Shown here piece after piece: positions 48,659 through 63,000 of a stretch of 64,000 bases of DNA. The stretch's first letter is position 1. Each line of letters begins with the position of its first letter. Position numbers and translations under genes: made by a program. Where the stretch lies: positions 13,144,001-13,208,000 of the forward strand of contig OX597830.1 of assembly GCA_951406725.2 (NCBI GenBank), read 5' to 3'. A model generated the notes under the pieces. That model was not told the DNA's origin. It made no database searches and worked only from the letters and a program-made list of their open reading frames with translations. The stretch is from Octopus vulgaris. Its lineage: Eukaryota.

Positions 48659-51600
48659 TTAAGTAATGATGTTTGCTTTTACTTGGTTTATAAAATCATT
48701 TCTGAACTGTTCATGTGATAAAAGCAAATCAGCAATTGTTGGTATTCAGAAATAATCTCAACTAAAATTTCCTATCAATATTGAATTTGCTAGATATTTA
48801 GGAAATAGATGGTAAATATGGTGTTGTGGCATTTCATTTTGCTTATATTAATACAAAACAATATATTATTTCTGTTCTCCAGTTTTGATTCTGGGGATGC
48901 GTTTCTTTTTAACGAGTGTTATATTTTTAAACAACCCAAGTCATCTTTGTATTCCGCTGTATGTTTATAATGTGCTTTTAGCTATCAACTTAACCATCAT
49001 CTCCCATTCAGTGGCACCTTAGAAATTATAGTTTCAGTTTAATTCTATCATCAGTTATTTTGTTTTTGTAAATATTTATGTTTTAAAACTTTTGTCTTAT
49101 GATCACTGATTATTTTCCTTAAATCTGCAGCTACTATGTTGATAATGTTCCTATTTATGTTCGCACTGTGTCAGTCATGTTTCTGTTTTATTGCTTTCCT
49201 TAAACTAGTTGTGTACATGGTTCTTTATTTGTCAGAAAATGGCTTTAAGCTATATGAAACCTGTCAACAAAAGAGACATAAGAAAAAAAAAAGAAAAAAA
49301 AAAGCAACTACTAAAACACTGAAAAACAATGAATAAATAAATAAATAGTAAAGGTACTGGAAAGCAAATGAATAAAAGGGAAAATTTGTTTTTCTTTAAG
49401 AATTATAGTTTTGAGAAGAAAAAATGAAAAAAAGATATGTTGCTTAAGCAACACAAACATATCCTTTTGAAAAGCTGTTTTGTCTTTCTTTAAGAAGAAA
49501 AATACTAAGTTGAAAGAAAAATGTTAATTCAATTATGTTTGAAAAAGTTAAGATATACTCAGAACATTGAATCAATGAAGACTAGAGTAGAAAGAGAAAA
49601 ACGAATATGCTTTTTTTTTTTTTTTTCATTTGCATTTTGATAAAAATTTTTTCCCATCGAAAGCATCTTCCATTTGGTGGAGAAAAATTTACTTTTTACA
49701 ATAGATTTAGTACCAACTGCCTGCAGTTATTTCTTTTTGTTTCTTTCAGATATAATAAATTTTTAAAGATTGTCTGAAATTCAGTTGAAGAAAGAAACAA
49801 AAAAAACAAAAAAAAAAAAAAAAGAATTTGGCAAATGTTCACAATTTGCTTTTGATACTGAGTTTTTAATGTTCTCTATTTTGATAGAAAAGTTTTGTGT
49901 GAAATTAACTCATATAAGGCTTTAGAGAGAAATGCTTGCTTACTTTAGAGAGAAATGCTTACTACATTTTATTCCAAATAGTTTAAATGAATATTAGGTC
50001 CTTTGAAATAGCTAGACTTTATTATATTATAGACACAATTTCAGTGTTTTTTTTTTTCCTTCGTTGTTTGCCCCCTTAGAGCTTCAACTCTATGAACTCA
50101 CTCTTTCCTTAAGCTGCTTAAAAGATAAAAGTGTTACTTTTAAAATATGATCCATTATAATACCCATTTATTAACTGCACTAGCTTTATTTGCAATAATA
50201 ATCAGAGTAGTAACCAGGTCAATACACTGTTCTTCAGTTCTAAATTCTTATGCAAATTTGTGGTACAGTATAACCAAGCAATATTGAGATGTTTTGTAAA
50301 ATAGTCTAGCCATGCATATAAAGGTATCTCATCATATCCACATAGGTACTTACTACATTAAACTAACCAGACATAAAACCCTGGTAATTAAACTTAGTCT
50401 TTGTACATTTATTTAGAGTTTATGCTCTCTGAATGTTAGCAAATTAGCTTTATTATTTATACAATCCCTTTAAAGAGTTAGTAAAATTAAATATTTGCCA
50501 ATTGGTTAGCATAAAATCAAAGACAAATTAGTCATGGTAAAATAAATTTTAATGAAGTAGCCATTCATTTGACAAAACTCTTAAATATATTCTTTATTTG
50601 CTTGTCAAATTTTTCCTTTCTATATGAGATAGTAGTTTTCATAAATATTTGTTTTACCAATAGAAATATTTATCTCAAGTCTAAACTGTTACTATGCTAG
50701 TCTGACTATTTGAAAATGATCAAAGTTGTACAATTTCTGAACTTGATTATTGGAATAAAAGTTTGTTTTTTTATCAGTGCGTGTAAATTTCCTAATCTTA
50801 TATTATCAAGATGTTTTCAACAGTGTTTAGCAACACAGCTTAGTACAATTTTCATCCAAGTTTTGTCTCAGACACAGTAACACAACATTACAGCTATAGA
50901 GGGTACAATGTTTTTGAAATGATTGTACATAGCTTAGATACATGTTCTGAGTTGTTTTGCCAAACTTCATTTTTCTTTATTGTGCTAAATAATTTTAATT
51001 AATCTTTTTTGAAGTAGTTACCTTCATAATTATTCTGAATTACTTGTCTTAAGGAGTCTAATAAGTTTGTCATAGCTCAGGACTTTGGGTAGTAATGCAA
51101 ATTTATTCAGTTCATTTACTACCAGCCTTTCATATAAAAGCAGAATTTGCAAGGCAAATGTAATTTTGCCCCTAATGTATTATTTAATGAAAATATGAAA
51201 TGCAAAATACATACTAATTAGTTCCTTATTATACTTGCAAAATATGTTGCTAATATTTGGCATAAAACATCTATATTAAATTCTTAATTGTTCGAAACAA
51301 AAGAATTATTTTGTACAACTCTGGATCTTATTTAGAATAGTTATTTTACTTGGCTAATTTTGAAGTAACCATGGCAGTTGGAATCTTAATACAGAAGAGT
51401 CAAATGCAAACTATCATTCTCGAAATCTGGACCACTTCTATAACTTGAACTTGAGCAATATTTAATCAATATGTTTTAATCAGTTTATGAATTTCTTCTG
51501 ATGATCGTTTTTCGAATAAAACCCATTGCTTACTGATATGATCTTTGACATATGTTCACTTTTGCTACATACAGAGGTAATGGGCAGGTAATTATGTATG

Positions 51601-52813
51601 TCTAATACCTCACAAACAGTGCACACATATGTCTGATGCTTTACTGTTATTTAAACAAGAAGCTTCCTAAGTCATTACACTACACTGAACACATTACTCA
51701 GACGTAGTGGAATTTAGATGAAAAAGCTCAATCTTCTAGTAGGCAAATTCATACAAAGTTAAGATTTTTTAAAATTCAAGATAACTTTAAACGTAATTCT
51801 AGTGTCTCTTTAAATGTTAGCTTGTCTTTAAGAACAAAGAAAAAAAAAATAATAAAAGCAGTAACAAAAACCTCCTCATTTTCTAAACTTCATATCTTAA
51901 GGTAGAATATAGTCTTTAAAAATATCTGAAGAACAATAATGTAAATGGCTAATGGAATTTTAAATATGAGTTATCCCTTGCTGCTATATATCTTCATACA
52001 GTTTGACATTTCAATATTTTGTCAGATATTTTCCTACTAAGAAATATAATTTTGTTAAAACTCAGATTCTCAAATTGATTATAACTTTAAATTACTGTTA
52101 TTATTTATGCATAGGTTTCGGTGTTTTGCTTGCTTTATCACAAGTTAAATTCAGCTCACCGCTTTTCTTTCTTTCTCGTTTTGAAGAGAACTTTGTAATG
52201 TTAATTTTCTCTTTGACTTGTTTTGTTTCTGAAGTGCTCCATCCGTATGTCTTTTGACCTTTTAATGCATACGATGAAAATATGTTTTATTATGTATTTT
52301 AATTAAGTCATATAGTTGTAGAATAAGTATTTTATGTGCATGTGAGTAGATCACACATGAATGTTTCAACACAGCCACACTTGCCATCAGTGTTTACTAT
52401 CGGTTAACACCAATGTAAATCAATGCAAGAGTTTTATTGTAATTTCCATTTGGCTATGGCTTATTTCAGCTGTTAAATAAATCCTGGTTAATGTTGATTA
52501 AGAGATTTTAACGTTTCGAGCAGCGTGTTTAGTTCCCCCTCACAACTTGATAAGCTGACAACTTCCATTTCGGTTTGAAGTTAATTTTTTTTAATATGTT
52601 CCCTGCAAAATATCTTTACAAGATAGAAGCATCCCTATGTTTTCGATCTTATCAGAATTTCTATGAAATTTGTATCAATAAATGCAAAACATTGATATTT
52701 CAGATGCTGTAAAATTTTCTTCAGTTAGAAAAGATGATATGTACTATTCCGTATTGCATGAAATTTATTTTATACAATGCGGATCAGAACAAACGTTGGC
52801 TTTGATCTATTAA

Positions 52814-53026
52814 CCCTTTAGCATTCAGATGAAGCCTTATACTTATTTATCCACATTGGTTCAAATTAATCATGTATTATTTCATAACTTCATGATTTTG
52901 ATGATGTGGTTGTTTATGTTTAGAGTGGCATTGTAGGGTAAATACGAGATGCCAGATCTAGCCAGTTTGAACATAAAAGCAAATCAGATCTTCGGGTTGG
53001 GTATGGCCTGTTTGAATGCTAAAGGG
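52814..53026. mobile_element. piggyBac-type MITE P1
   Basis: TTAA flanks and CCCTTTAGCATTCA/TGAATGCTAAAGGG TIRs. Confidence 0.88.
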
Positions 53027-53176
53027 TTAAATAAAATGTGATATTTTTCTAAACTACCTTTATGACCAAATCATAAGTTTCACATGAGAAGGCTATGAGA
53101 TCTTGTACCAGTCATTACACTGACCCACTGATGACAGCAAGTGCTGTTAAAAACCTTCTTTCATAATCTCTTATTC

Positions 53177-53526
53177 CTGTGGTTCTCAACCATTTTTATC
53201 TATGGACCCCTTTTTGATTACTATTTTATTCTGGTGGACCCCTCCCCCTACCCATTCGATGTTTAAAACCTAATTTTATAGATACTTCTTTTGGAATTCC
53301 TATTCTGTTAGTTACTCATTAAATTGTGTAGGTTGAACTATGTAAAACATTTGGGAAATAAATTTAGCTGTTTCTTGTTATAAACACATCTGAATCAAAA
53401 CTTCTTCACTGACCCTTAATATACTACTGTGGATCCCCAATTTACTATTTTACTTGCATGGACCCCTTCCCCCAAAATTTGATATGAACCCAGGGAGGTC
53501 ATATGGACTTCAATTAAGACCCACTG
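53177..53526. mobile_element. hAT (Charlie-like) MITE
   Basis: CTGTGGTTCTCAAC...AAGACCCACTG ends, repeated TGGACCCC subterminal motifs, and an imperfect 8-bp TSD TCTTATTC/TGTTATTG. Confidence 0.7.
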
Positions 53527-53732
53527 TGTTATTGCATTCAATCTACTGATGTATACAGTTAGTTAGCTGAGAGGCTGGTTGCTTGAGCCCTTCTGATACA
53601 GGTTTCTAATCTTATCAACCATATTTACACATCTTTGGCTTTTCACACTTATAATATAAAGGTGTATTAAATGATTTATCTTGTTGTCCAATAAAGCACA
53701 AAGAAACGACATGTTATATATCTGTATAAATA

Positions 53733-53775
<43 letters not shown>

Positions 53776-54601
53776 AATGACATTCCTATAGCAAATTCAC
53801 ACTTGCACTGTAGTATTCATATAAATTTCTTTCAAATGAACAAACACTTGTACAGAACCTATGGTGTTCTCTAAATTTGCTCTCATTGCTTACAATAGAG
53901 AGAGAGAGAGAGAGAAGTGCAGATCTGACTGTGTGGTTAAGAAGTGTGTTTCTCGACCACATGATCTTGGACTCAGTCTCACTGAAGCCCTGGGTCAACC
54001 AAAGCCTTGTGAATGGATTTCGTTATCGGAAACCGGAAAAAAACCTGTTGTGTGTGTATGTGCATACGTGTGCACATGAGTGTGTGTGTGTGTGCACGTG
54101 TGTATATCTGTGTCTTCTCGTCTTGACATCACAAGGTAATTTTCAATGAGTATCGTTATCATACAAGCAGTGTCATTCATTTGCAGTCTTTTGTGAGAAC
54201 ATGCTTGTCCATGGGGAAATATCTTGCTTGGAAACAGTCACCTGTGGGTAACAGAGAGGCAGGAAGGCAAGCATGGATAAATGGACATTGAAGCAATGAT
54301 GAACGAGGATGTTGATGATAATGATGATTCACATTTAAAATTGTCTTAAATTCACATCTTCTGCTCTGTAAATCAGACTGTTAATTTTTATAATATTTGA
54401 ATATATTTTAGATTTAATATAAACTAATCACCATACATAATACATGAATACTTTAGAAGTATAAAAAACATATCTATACTTGAAATAATGAAAGAATAAA
54501 GTATTTTCTATCTTGGTATCTGGAACTGCATAGTAACATGTTCCTACATATTGCATTCAAGTAGCACTGGGTACCTCTGTTGCTGTGAGTAATATATATA
54601 T

Positions 54602-54745
54602 ATATATCAAATAAAATTGAGAACAGAACACAAAGGATATCGCAGTACATGTGTTTCAAGCTTTATAAACAATCCGTTCTTACATCAGTGAAACACGTGT
54701 ACCGCGATATCCTTTGTGTTCTGTTTTTAATTTTATTTGATATAT
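54602..54745. repeat. 57-bp-arm inverted repeat
   Basis: Arms 54602-54658 and 54689-54745, 53/57 identical, with a 30-nt spacer. Confidence 0.92.
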
Positions 54746-54822
54746 TCTCTCTCACCTCTGTCACTATCTGGCATATATACAGGTGCTTATACTTATCAAG
54801 TATTCACCCTAAATTTACACTA

Positions 54823-54857
<35 letters not shown>

Positions 54858-54861
<4 letters not shown>

Positions 54862-56030
54862 TCATTATCATCATAATCATCATCGTTTAACATCCATCTT
54901 CCATGCATGCATGGGTAGGACAGTTGACAGGAACCAACCAAGTAGAAAATCTACCCAAGGCTGCTGTGTCTGTTTTGGCAAGGGTTTTATGGCCAGATGC
55001 CCTTCCCAACACCAACCGCTCTGCAGAGTGGACTCAATGCTTTTTACGTGGCACTAGCACAAGCAAAGTTAGTTTTGGCAAGATTTTTACAGCTAGATGC
55101 CCTTCCAAATGTCAACCATATTACAGTGTGGACTGGATGCTTTTAACGTGGCACCAGCACTGGCAGGGTAACCAAGTAACTCACCAGATAAGGAATTATG
55201 AGAGGGGCAGGTAATTAGTGTCAGCAGATGAAAGTCAGAGTGTGACAAAGAGCCAGAGAGACAGAAGCAGGTGTCTCACCACTACAGAGGGGGGCATTAG
55301 AGGATGTGATCCAGTATCAAATGGTGAGTGTAACAGAAATAGAGAGGCAGAAATAGGTGTTTTGCTATAGAGGAGGTACATGGTTACCCAGTGAGAGAGA
55401 GAGATAGAGAGAATGCATATAGAGTGAGAGTGAGTTACAGAAAGAGGCCAGAGACAAGTGTGCTGATGTAAAGGTGATACTTGGTGACCTAGTCAGAGGA
55501 AAAACAAGAGAAGGAGAGAGAGACAGTGACCAAAGGGAAAGAGAGAGAGAGAGTAGGAAACAGCAAAAGTATAAAAGGGAGTAGAAGAGAGAGATGGTGT
55601 AGTACTAGGGTATACTCACAAGTAACAAGAATATGAATGTAGAACCTGGTTAGAAAAATAGGGAGTGGGTGATGGGGGGGAGCAGTGATACAGTGAGCAT
55701 GGCAGGGAGGGCAAGAAAGGGGATTGGACAACAATCATAATGTATGAAGAGGAAATGTGAGGAAGAGTAAGATGCAATTAGAAGAGGAGTTGTAGTTTGA
55801 TTTCTTTGGGCAGAGTGGCTGAAAAGTGTGTTGTTACTTGTGGGTGGAACACAACTCTTCTAGCGCTTAGTTTCATAGATGAGTCGTCCCTAGGACCTCA
55901 TATTGTCAAACATCTCAGTCTATTGTCATTTCCTTTTTGAACCCCAAAATCCTAAGATCAGTCCTCACCTCTTCATCCTATATCTTCCTAGGTCTCCCTC
56001 TTCCGCAGGTACCATCCACTTTCAGCGACT
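54858..56030 (-). mobile_element. RTE LINE 3' end with a ~1-kb 3' UTR
   Basis: (CAT)n tail at 54858, UTR, and ORF C-terminal remnant at 55870-56030; same subfamily as 23295-24480. Confidence 0.8.
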
Positions 56031-57410
56031 GGCACAAGGCCAGCAATTTTAGGGGGTGCAGGCAAGTTGATTACATTGACCTCAGTGCTCAACTGGTATT
56101 TATTTTATCAACCTTGAAAGGGTGAAAGGCAAAGAGGGCCTTGGTGGAATTTGAACTCAGAACATAAAGACAGATGAAATACTGCCAAGCATTTTGCAAA
56201 CTCTACTATTCTAATAATAATAATGATTTAGGCAAAAGGATAAACAATTTTGACGGGAAGGGAATTAGCTGGCAGCATTGGCTTCAGTACTTGACTGGTA
56301 CTTTATTTTATTGACCCCAAAAGGAGGGGAGAAAATCGTAAATACACACACCATACATATGACTATATAGAAATATTTTATCTTAATTTCTTTCATTAAT
56401 GAAAAATTGTTTGAATCATTGATGACATTTTGTGTTTTTTGTAAATCGACCACATTGATGTAATGCCTTTAAGTTTTATGAGACAATTTGGCAATGCTAA
56501 AAATCATATTTTGGCAAGATTTAACTCAGGATCCATTGAATTACATGTGCCTCTATTAAGAAATCAGAGTTTAATAAAGAAAAGAAAGGAAAATTATGAA
56601 AATAATAAAAAGAGAATTGTATAAAAAATAGTTTACCGAAGGAACAAATGGGAATACATTACCTTATTTGGTTATCTTTTTTGGAACTGCTACATCAGAC
56701 GGAAATCATTGAAATTTTGTTGAAATAACATGATTATTACAATGTGATTTGATTAGGGGAAAAGCTTTCATAAGAATCAAACTTCACTCCATTAAGATCT
56801 TTTATTTCACATTGCAAGTATTATATTTGTTAAATGGGAGATCTATTAAATTGTCTAATGAGTGTAAAGTAAAATAAAAGGAAGTAACCAAGATGAAAAC
56901 AAAGCCGAAACACCAAAGAAATAAGTAGGTTTCTTGTGAGATGTTCTACTCTATCTCCTTGTTTTCAGCTGTACTGTGTAGTTTAGTTATCTACTTTTTT
57001 TTGTTTTTTTTTAAAAACATTTATTTATCATTTAACAAATAGAAACTATAACAACGTTTTCTGTTTTGTTTGCTATTGCATAAACACATAGGAAATATTC
57101 CATTTTACATTTGGAATGATTGTTGCATTCTGTTACTGTTAATTCTGTATGATGTAGAATTCTGCTATGAAATGACAAGCTTTTAACTTGTGAATAATTT
57201 GTTTACAAAAATACCAAAGAATTAATAAGATTAATAATAAAATTAGAAGGGAGATGTTCCACTCTGTTAGTGCAGTAACTTTATTCTAAGTTGGATTCTA
57301 GACACGTGTATCCTAAATTATCAATATTTTCCGCTTCTATACCATTCTAGGATTTATTGTCTTTTGATAAACTATTTTGACCCTTTTTTGTATTTAAAAA
57401 AATATATATA

Positions 57411-57820
57411 GGCACAGGAGTGGCTGTGTGGTAAGTAGCTTGCTAACCAACCACATGGTTCCGGGTTCAGTCCCACTGCGTGGCATCTTGGGCAAGTGTC
57501 TTCTGCTATAGCCCTGGGTCGACCAATGCCTTGTGAGTGGATTTGGTAGACGGAAACTGAAAGAAGCCTGTCGTATATATGTATATATGTATATATATAT
57601 GCGTGTGTGTGTTTGTGTGTCTGTTTGTCCCCCTAGCATTGCTTGACAACCGATGCTGGTGTGTTTACGTCCCCGTAACTTAGCGGTTCGGCAAAAAGAG
57701 ACCGATAGAATAAGTACTGGGCTTACAAAAAATAAGTCCCAGGGTCGATTTGCTCGACTAAAGGCGGTGCTCCAGCATGGCCGCAGTCAAATGACTGAAA
57801 CAAGTAAAAAGAAAAAGAAA
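57411..57820 (+). mobile_element. SINE family A
   Basis: Full-length, high identity to 14306-14724. Confidence 0.9.
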
Positions 57821-59799
57821 GAAATATTTTACAGAATGTTTATGTTTCTTTCTGCGCGTACTTGCATATGTTGTTCTCATGTACATGATTCTTTAAACTT
57901 TTAACCCCCACCGCCCCACATCATCATACTTCATGACTAACTGAGATCGGAAGACCAAGCAGTGCTGATGATGGTAGATAATGGCATCTGCGATGCTTCG
58001 TTATCTCCCCCCGTCTTACCTTTTTTCTTATATTCTTCAGCCTCATTTACAGTCAATCCAAATCATATTTCTTCATTGCTTTTCCAAGCAAGAGCTCTGC
58101 TAGAACTATTGTCAATTAGCTTCTTACAACATAGAAACTTATTCAGTTGTGCAAATTAGATTTCCTGAAATACTAGGTGTCTTGTACTTCAGGAAATACT
58201 ATATAAAATGTTAAACTGAGTGTAACAGAACAGTGAAGTTTGGTGTCATATCTAAGTGGTCAAGTAAGTTAGTGATTGAACCATTTGTTATCAACAATAC
58301 ACATACATCACAATCTTCAAAAGCAACATTTTTATTTTTAAATTCTTGATTTGAGAAATGATGTTTTACATTTCAGGAAAGGTTGATGCAATCTTCTGAT
58401 AATTCTGCTTGTCATTACATTACTTAGCCCATCAGTAACACTTTCACAGGATTAGTAATTAGAATTTTCTTTGGGACTAAGTAATTTTTTATTTGAAATT
58501 TAGGAGCAATTTCACTTCTCTAATCAAGGTATGATTATGTATTATTGTACAAAATCATGGGTTTCAGTCTTCACAGTGACTCACTTATTGAATCCTGAAG
58601 TTGTACTATGAATAGAAATGTTTGTTGTTACATTTGCATTTTTTTATGGAAAAGAAATTTATGAAATTTCAATTTTATTGTGGTATAAATATGTGTATAT
58701 TTTAAATGTAAAAAGAATTTTGAGCCATATACAGCTACAGAGTATGTATTTATAAAAAAAAAATCATAGCTTGTAATTTTTTAAAAGGTTTAATGAACTT
58801 TAATTTATTGGCCATGGATTAGACGTAAACACAATAATTTAGAATTTATCAAAGTAAAATAAATTTCATTCTGGAACAGTTGCTATAACATTTTAAGAAT
58901 TATAGATTGCTCTATAAGTAATAAATCTTCAACTTTGGTTTTTTTTTTTTTTTTTATAGCAGATTGTCAGTTAATGTAGACTTTCTGTATGGTAGATTCA
59001 TTGGAGAGCAGTCAGCAGTAAGAAAACGTGGAATGGATAGTTTGAAATGTTTGATAGACTCTTTCTTGTTGTCAACAACTTTTGTCATGTAGGTAACCTA
59101 ATTAACAGTGTAGGAGGGTGCCCCAAGAGCATAGAAGGCAAGGTAAGAATAGCATGGATAAGGTTCAGGTAATGCCTCTGCCAGTAATGATGAAGGATGA
59201 AGGGCAGATTATCTGATGCTTGTGTATAAACATTTATACTACGTAATTGTGAGACATAGGCTTTTGAATGAAGTGTTTTGCAAAGTTCCCTTGAATAGCC
59301 AATCTTAAACTTTTCTGTTGTAGTCTGGAGAACAATAATAAACAAGAAGGAGCTGTGACCTAACTCCTGATGGACACTAAAATTCTTGCTGAACTAGTTG
59401 CTAACTCAGCTTTGCTTACAGCATTGGCTTGCATAACATTCACATGTCAGAAGATTACAGGTTGTGCCACCCTGTCAAAGGCTTTCTTCATCAAAGTCAA
59501 TAAATCCTTGAGCTGTTAGCTCCTTGCTAAGAACTTCTGTAGTTGTCACACTAGGAAGCAGACACAAACTGCATCTCATCCAACCTTCTTTCTATAACTC
59601 TTTCTATTACTTTCAGTTTAATGTCTTTGCATTTGCTTCTTTCTAGAGTGTCTCCTTTGCTTTTATAGTAGTTGGTGTGTGATGTTGCTATGCTAGTCTT
59701 TGGGAATGACTGTTCTTTTACTATTGTCTTTACTTCTCCTCAAGCACAGGGTTGAAACGGTGTCTCTTTACTTGCCACCTGCACAGGAGACAGTCCAGC

Positions 59800-60004
59800 G
59801 GCCCTGGCCACTGCCGGGTGCCAGTCAAAGCACCCATTACACTCATGGAGTGGTTGGCGTTAGGAAGGGCATCCAGCTGTAGAAACACTGCCAGATCAGA
59901 CTGGAGCCTGGTGCAGCCGTCTGGCTTCCCAGATCCTTGGTCGAACCGTCCAACCCATGCTAGCATGGAGAACGGACGTTAAACGACGATGATGATGATG
60001 ATGA
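59800..60004 (+). mobile_element. RTE 3' tail fragment
   Basis: GGAGTGGTTGGCGTTAGGAAGGGCATCC...GGACGTTAAACGACGATGATG. Confidence 0.88.
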
Positions 60005-63000
60005 TTTACTGTGTTAGTGAATAGTGTATGTCCTGGTATGTCAGTTGTTTACAAGATGTCATTGACTATCACTGATGTCTGGATGCTTTCTCTGCTTCAT
60101 ATCACTAAAAAGCATCTCAGCCTTTGAACTGTGAATTTCAGTATTTAATTCCTCCATTGGTTCTGTGTAGGATAGACACTCTGTCTCAAGCATTCTTCTC
60201 ATTCAGCCATCTCAGGGTTGCAGCAGTTCCATGCTTCTCCTTAACACCACTCAGGGCATATGTACCGCTATCATTACATGCACTTCTCACAACTGACATT
60301 CTGTTACATTGGTTTTGTAATCTGGAATACCTCACATTTCTAATTTTCACATCACTCCTCTTACTTTCCACTCCACTCCTTGCTTAGAATACTTGATGTC
60401 TAGCCACTCTCCTTATTATCTGATATTTCCATCATTCTTTCTAGGCTTACCACTTCACTTTTTTTTTTTATATATAATTCTATTGACTGTACTATTCACC
60501 CATGTTATGTTCTGCTTGGGTAGCACCAATGCTCCATCCACAAATCTGTTCAGTGGCTCACAACAGGTTGTTTTTATAAAACCTTCCATTTATCTTCTAT
60601 GTCATGGGTCTCTGTCTCTTCCTCCTTGCCATGTGCATCACTGATTGTTTCTTTAAACAATTGGTGATGCAAATATCAGGGAGGATTCTGGATGAAGGAT
60701 CTTCCAGTTTCCATACCTTCCCTCCTTGGATTGTCTTTTGTCTTTAGATCCTTTTAGCTGTTGCTGTGATGTCACTAGTATATATTGAGATGTCCATTCT
60801 ACCCCTTGCTATGTATCCCATTTCCTGGTGATCATAAATTCTATACTCTTTTACTTGTTTCAGTCATTTGACTGCGGCCATGCTGGAGCACCGTCTTTAT
60901 GGCTTATGTATTCACCTGAGTGGTTAGTGAATATGGTTTGTTTTCTTGAGTTAGTTTTTCAAATAAATAAATGGTTCACTTTTCCAAAACAAATAAGCAA
61001 TCAGTTTGTGTTAATTTTTTTAACAGAAAAATTATATTTTCCTTTATGATATAGTTTTCAACATTCACTTTTTTTTTCTGTTTTTGCTTTTTTTTGTATG
61101 TTTGCTTCTGTTTTTTTTTTCTGCACTTTGTGATTTGTTTTCTTGTAAATATTCTTCTATTTTTAAAAACTTTTTTCAAACTTTGAGTTAGAGTCTCAAA
61201 TTTTAGCATCATGGTGCTCTGTGGGTTTCTTCAGATGCCTTTCGCGTTTAGTAACATTCTAGGAATTTTGAAGCAAAACCCATGTTCAGTCCTTGAAGGT
61301 AGATTATTCTTGTACCATTTCACATGCCAGAAATATCTTGGTATTAGTTTTTCTTGACCTTGTGATGCTGTATGCTCATGCCTTCTAGAAGCTGTGCATG
61401 CATGAGTTTATTTTGATTTGCTTTCAAAATTTGAAAGCAGGTCTTTTTAAGATGCTCCTCATTTACAAATGGAACTATAAATAACAGTTCCCAATATATA
61501 TGATAAAAATTTCCTGATATGGGGGGGAAAAAAGTGGACATAATCACTTTACAGACTCAAACAGTGTGCTTATTAGGTGTTAGATACTCATGGTACCACA
61601 TTAACCTGTTGTAGGAATAGTTTTATTTGCTATATTAGGGATTATTATTTTTAGTTGCCTTTTAGCAGCTTCTAAGACACACACACACGTTCATTGATCC
61701 AAAGATAGAACTCACACCCATCTGGTAAAATTGCTTAATTCTTAAATTGATTTTGCCATTGTGAATATTCGACTCTCTCTTGTATCATATCTTACACTAA
61801 TGACTGTGGTGAATTATATACTGGATACCTTCTTTGCCAAAAACATGTTTAAGATGGTGCTAATTACATGGAGAATAAATAAACTATTAGCATAGTGATT
61901 AATTCTGGTCAACAAGGACAGAGGAGACAACTCTGAAATTTAAATTTATTGAAATTGAATGTGGGCATGCAATTGAGATCCTACTTCCTGCTATAATTCT
62001 GCTAAAGCACTATACTTGTTGACATTCAGGATGAACAATAACCACCATATATTTTGGTGATACATAATGCTTTATTGTTCATCAACTTTTCTTGTCAATT
62101 TTGTGATATTAAACTGGACAAAGCCGAATTCTATTTGCTTCAGTTGACTTTCAGCTTTTGTTTCAAAGTTGATTGGTTAGTTGAAGGAAGCGCAGTCATA
62201 AAGTATTGCTCCGGTTACTTGCAGGATGGGGAACTGTACAGAACTATAACGTTTATAGAACGTACCGAAATAAATGTAAATAATGACTTTTTATTTTACT
62301 TGTTTCAGTCATTTGACTGCGATCATGCTGGAGCACTGCCTTTGGTTGAGCAAATCAACCCCAGGACTTATTCTTTGTAAGCTTTAGTACTTATTCTATC
62401 TTTCGCTGAACCGCTAAGTTACAGGAATGAAAACACACCAGCATCAGTTGTCAAGCGATGTTGGGGGGACAAACACAGACACACAAACATACACACACAC
62501 ACACACAAAAAACTGTAAGAAAATTGTAAATATATATATATATATGACCGTGATCGTTACCAATGTCGCTTCACTGGCACCTGAGCCGGTGGCACTCAGG
62601 AATTCCCCAGTTTATTGTTTTATTTATTAAGACTAACTAAACATAACTATTTTTTATTAGTCAGTGAAAGAATCTTAAAAGATTTCAAATCTTTGCAAAC
62701 AGAATTTTATTGCAACTAGTTGCTGAACATTTATATCGTGTCTTGGTAGGTGATGAATTATCACTACTCTGGAATCACATCAATATAATATCTATAATAG
62801 AAATATAAAAATGTAATAATTATTCCTATATGTAAGTTTGAGAAAATAAATCTAATCAAAACTGATGATTTTTTTTGGGGTATTAATTTGATATTTCTCT
62901 CCTCCCTTTTTCATTTTCCTTTTACTTTAATTAACCAAAAAGCTGAGTCACAGATACGAGCTAAGACAGTGAAATATTATCAGCCGAAAAACCAGGAGCT

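Noticed and set aside
53127-53156. CTGATGA followed by a CAGC/GCTG hairpin as a hammerhead
   Set aside because: No GAAA after helix II and no helix I/III.
55585-55625. RDGVV as the missing PSMD3 AIRDGVI exon
   Set aside because: No acceptor, no further similarity, an early stop, and it lies in an RTE 3' UTR.
62054-62380. 108-aa ORF
   Set aside because: No recognisable homology or clear splice boundaries, and its 3' third is a SINE A tail.
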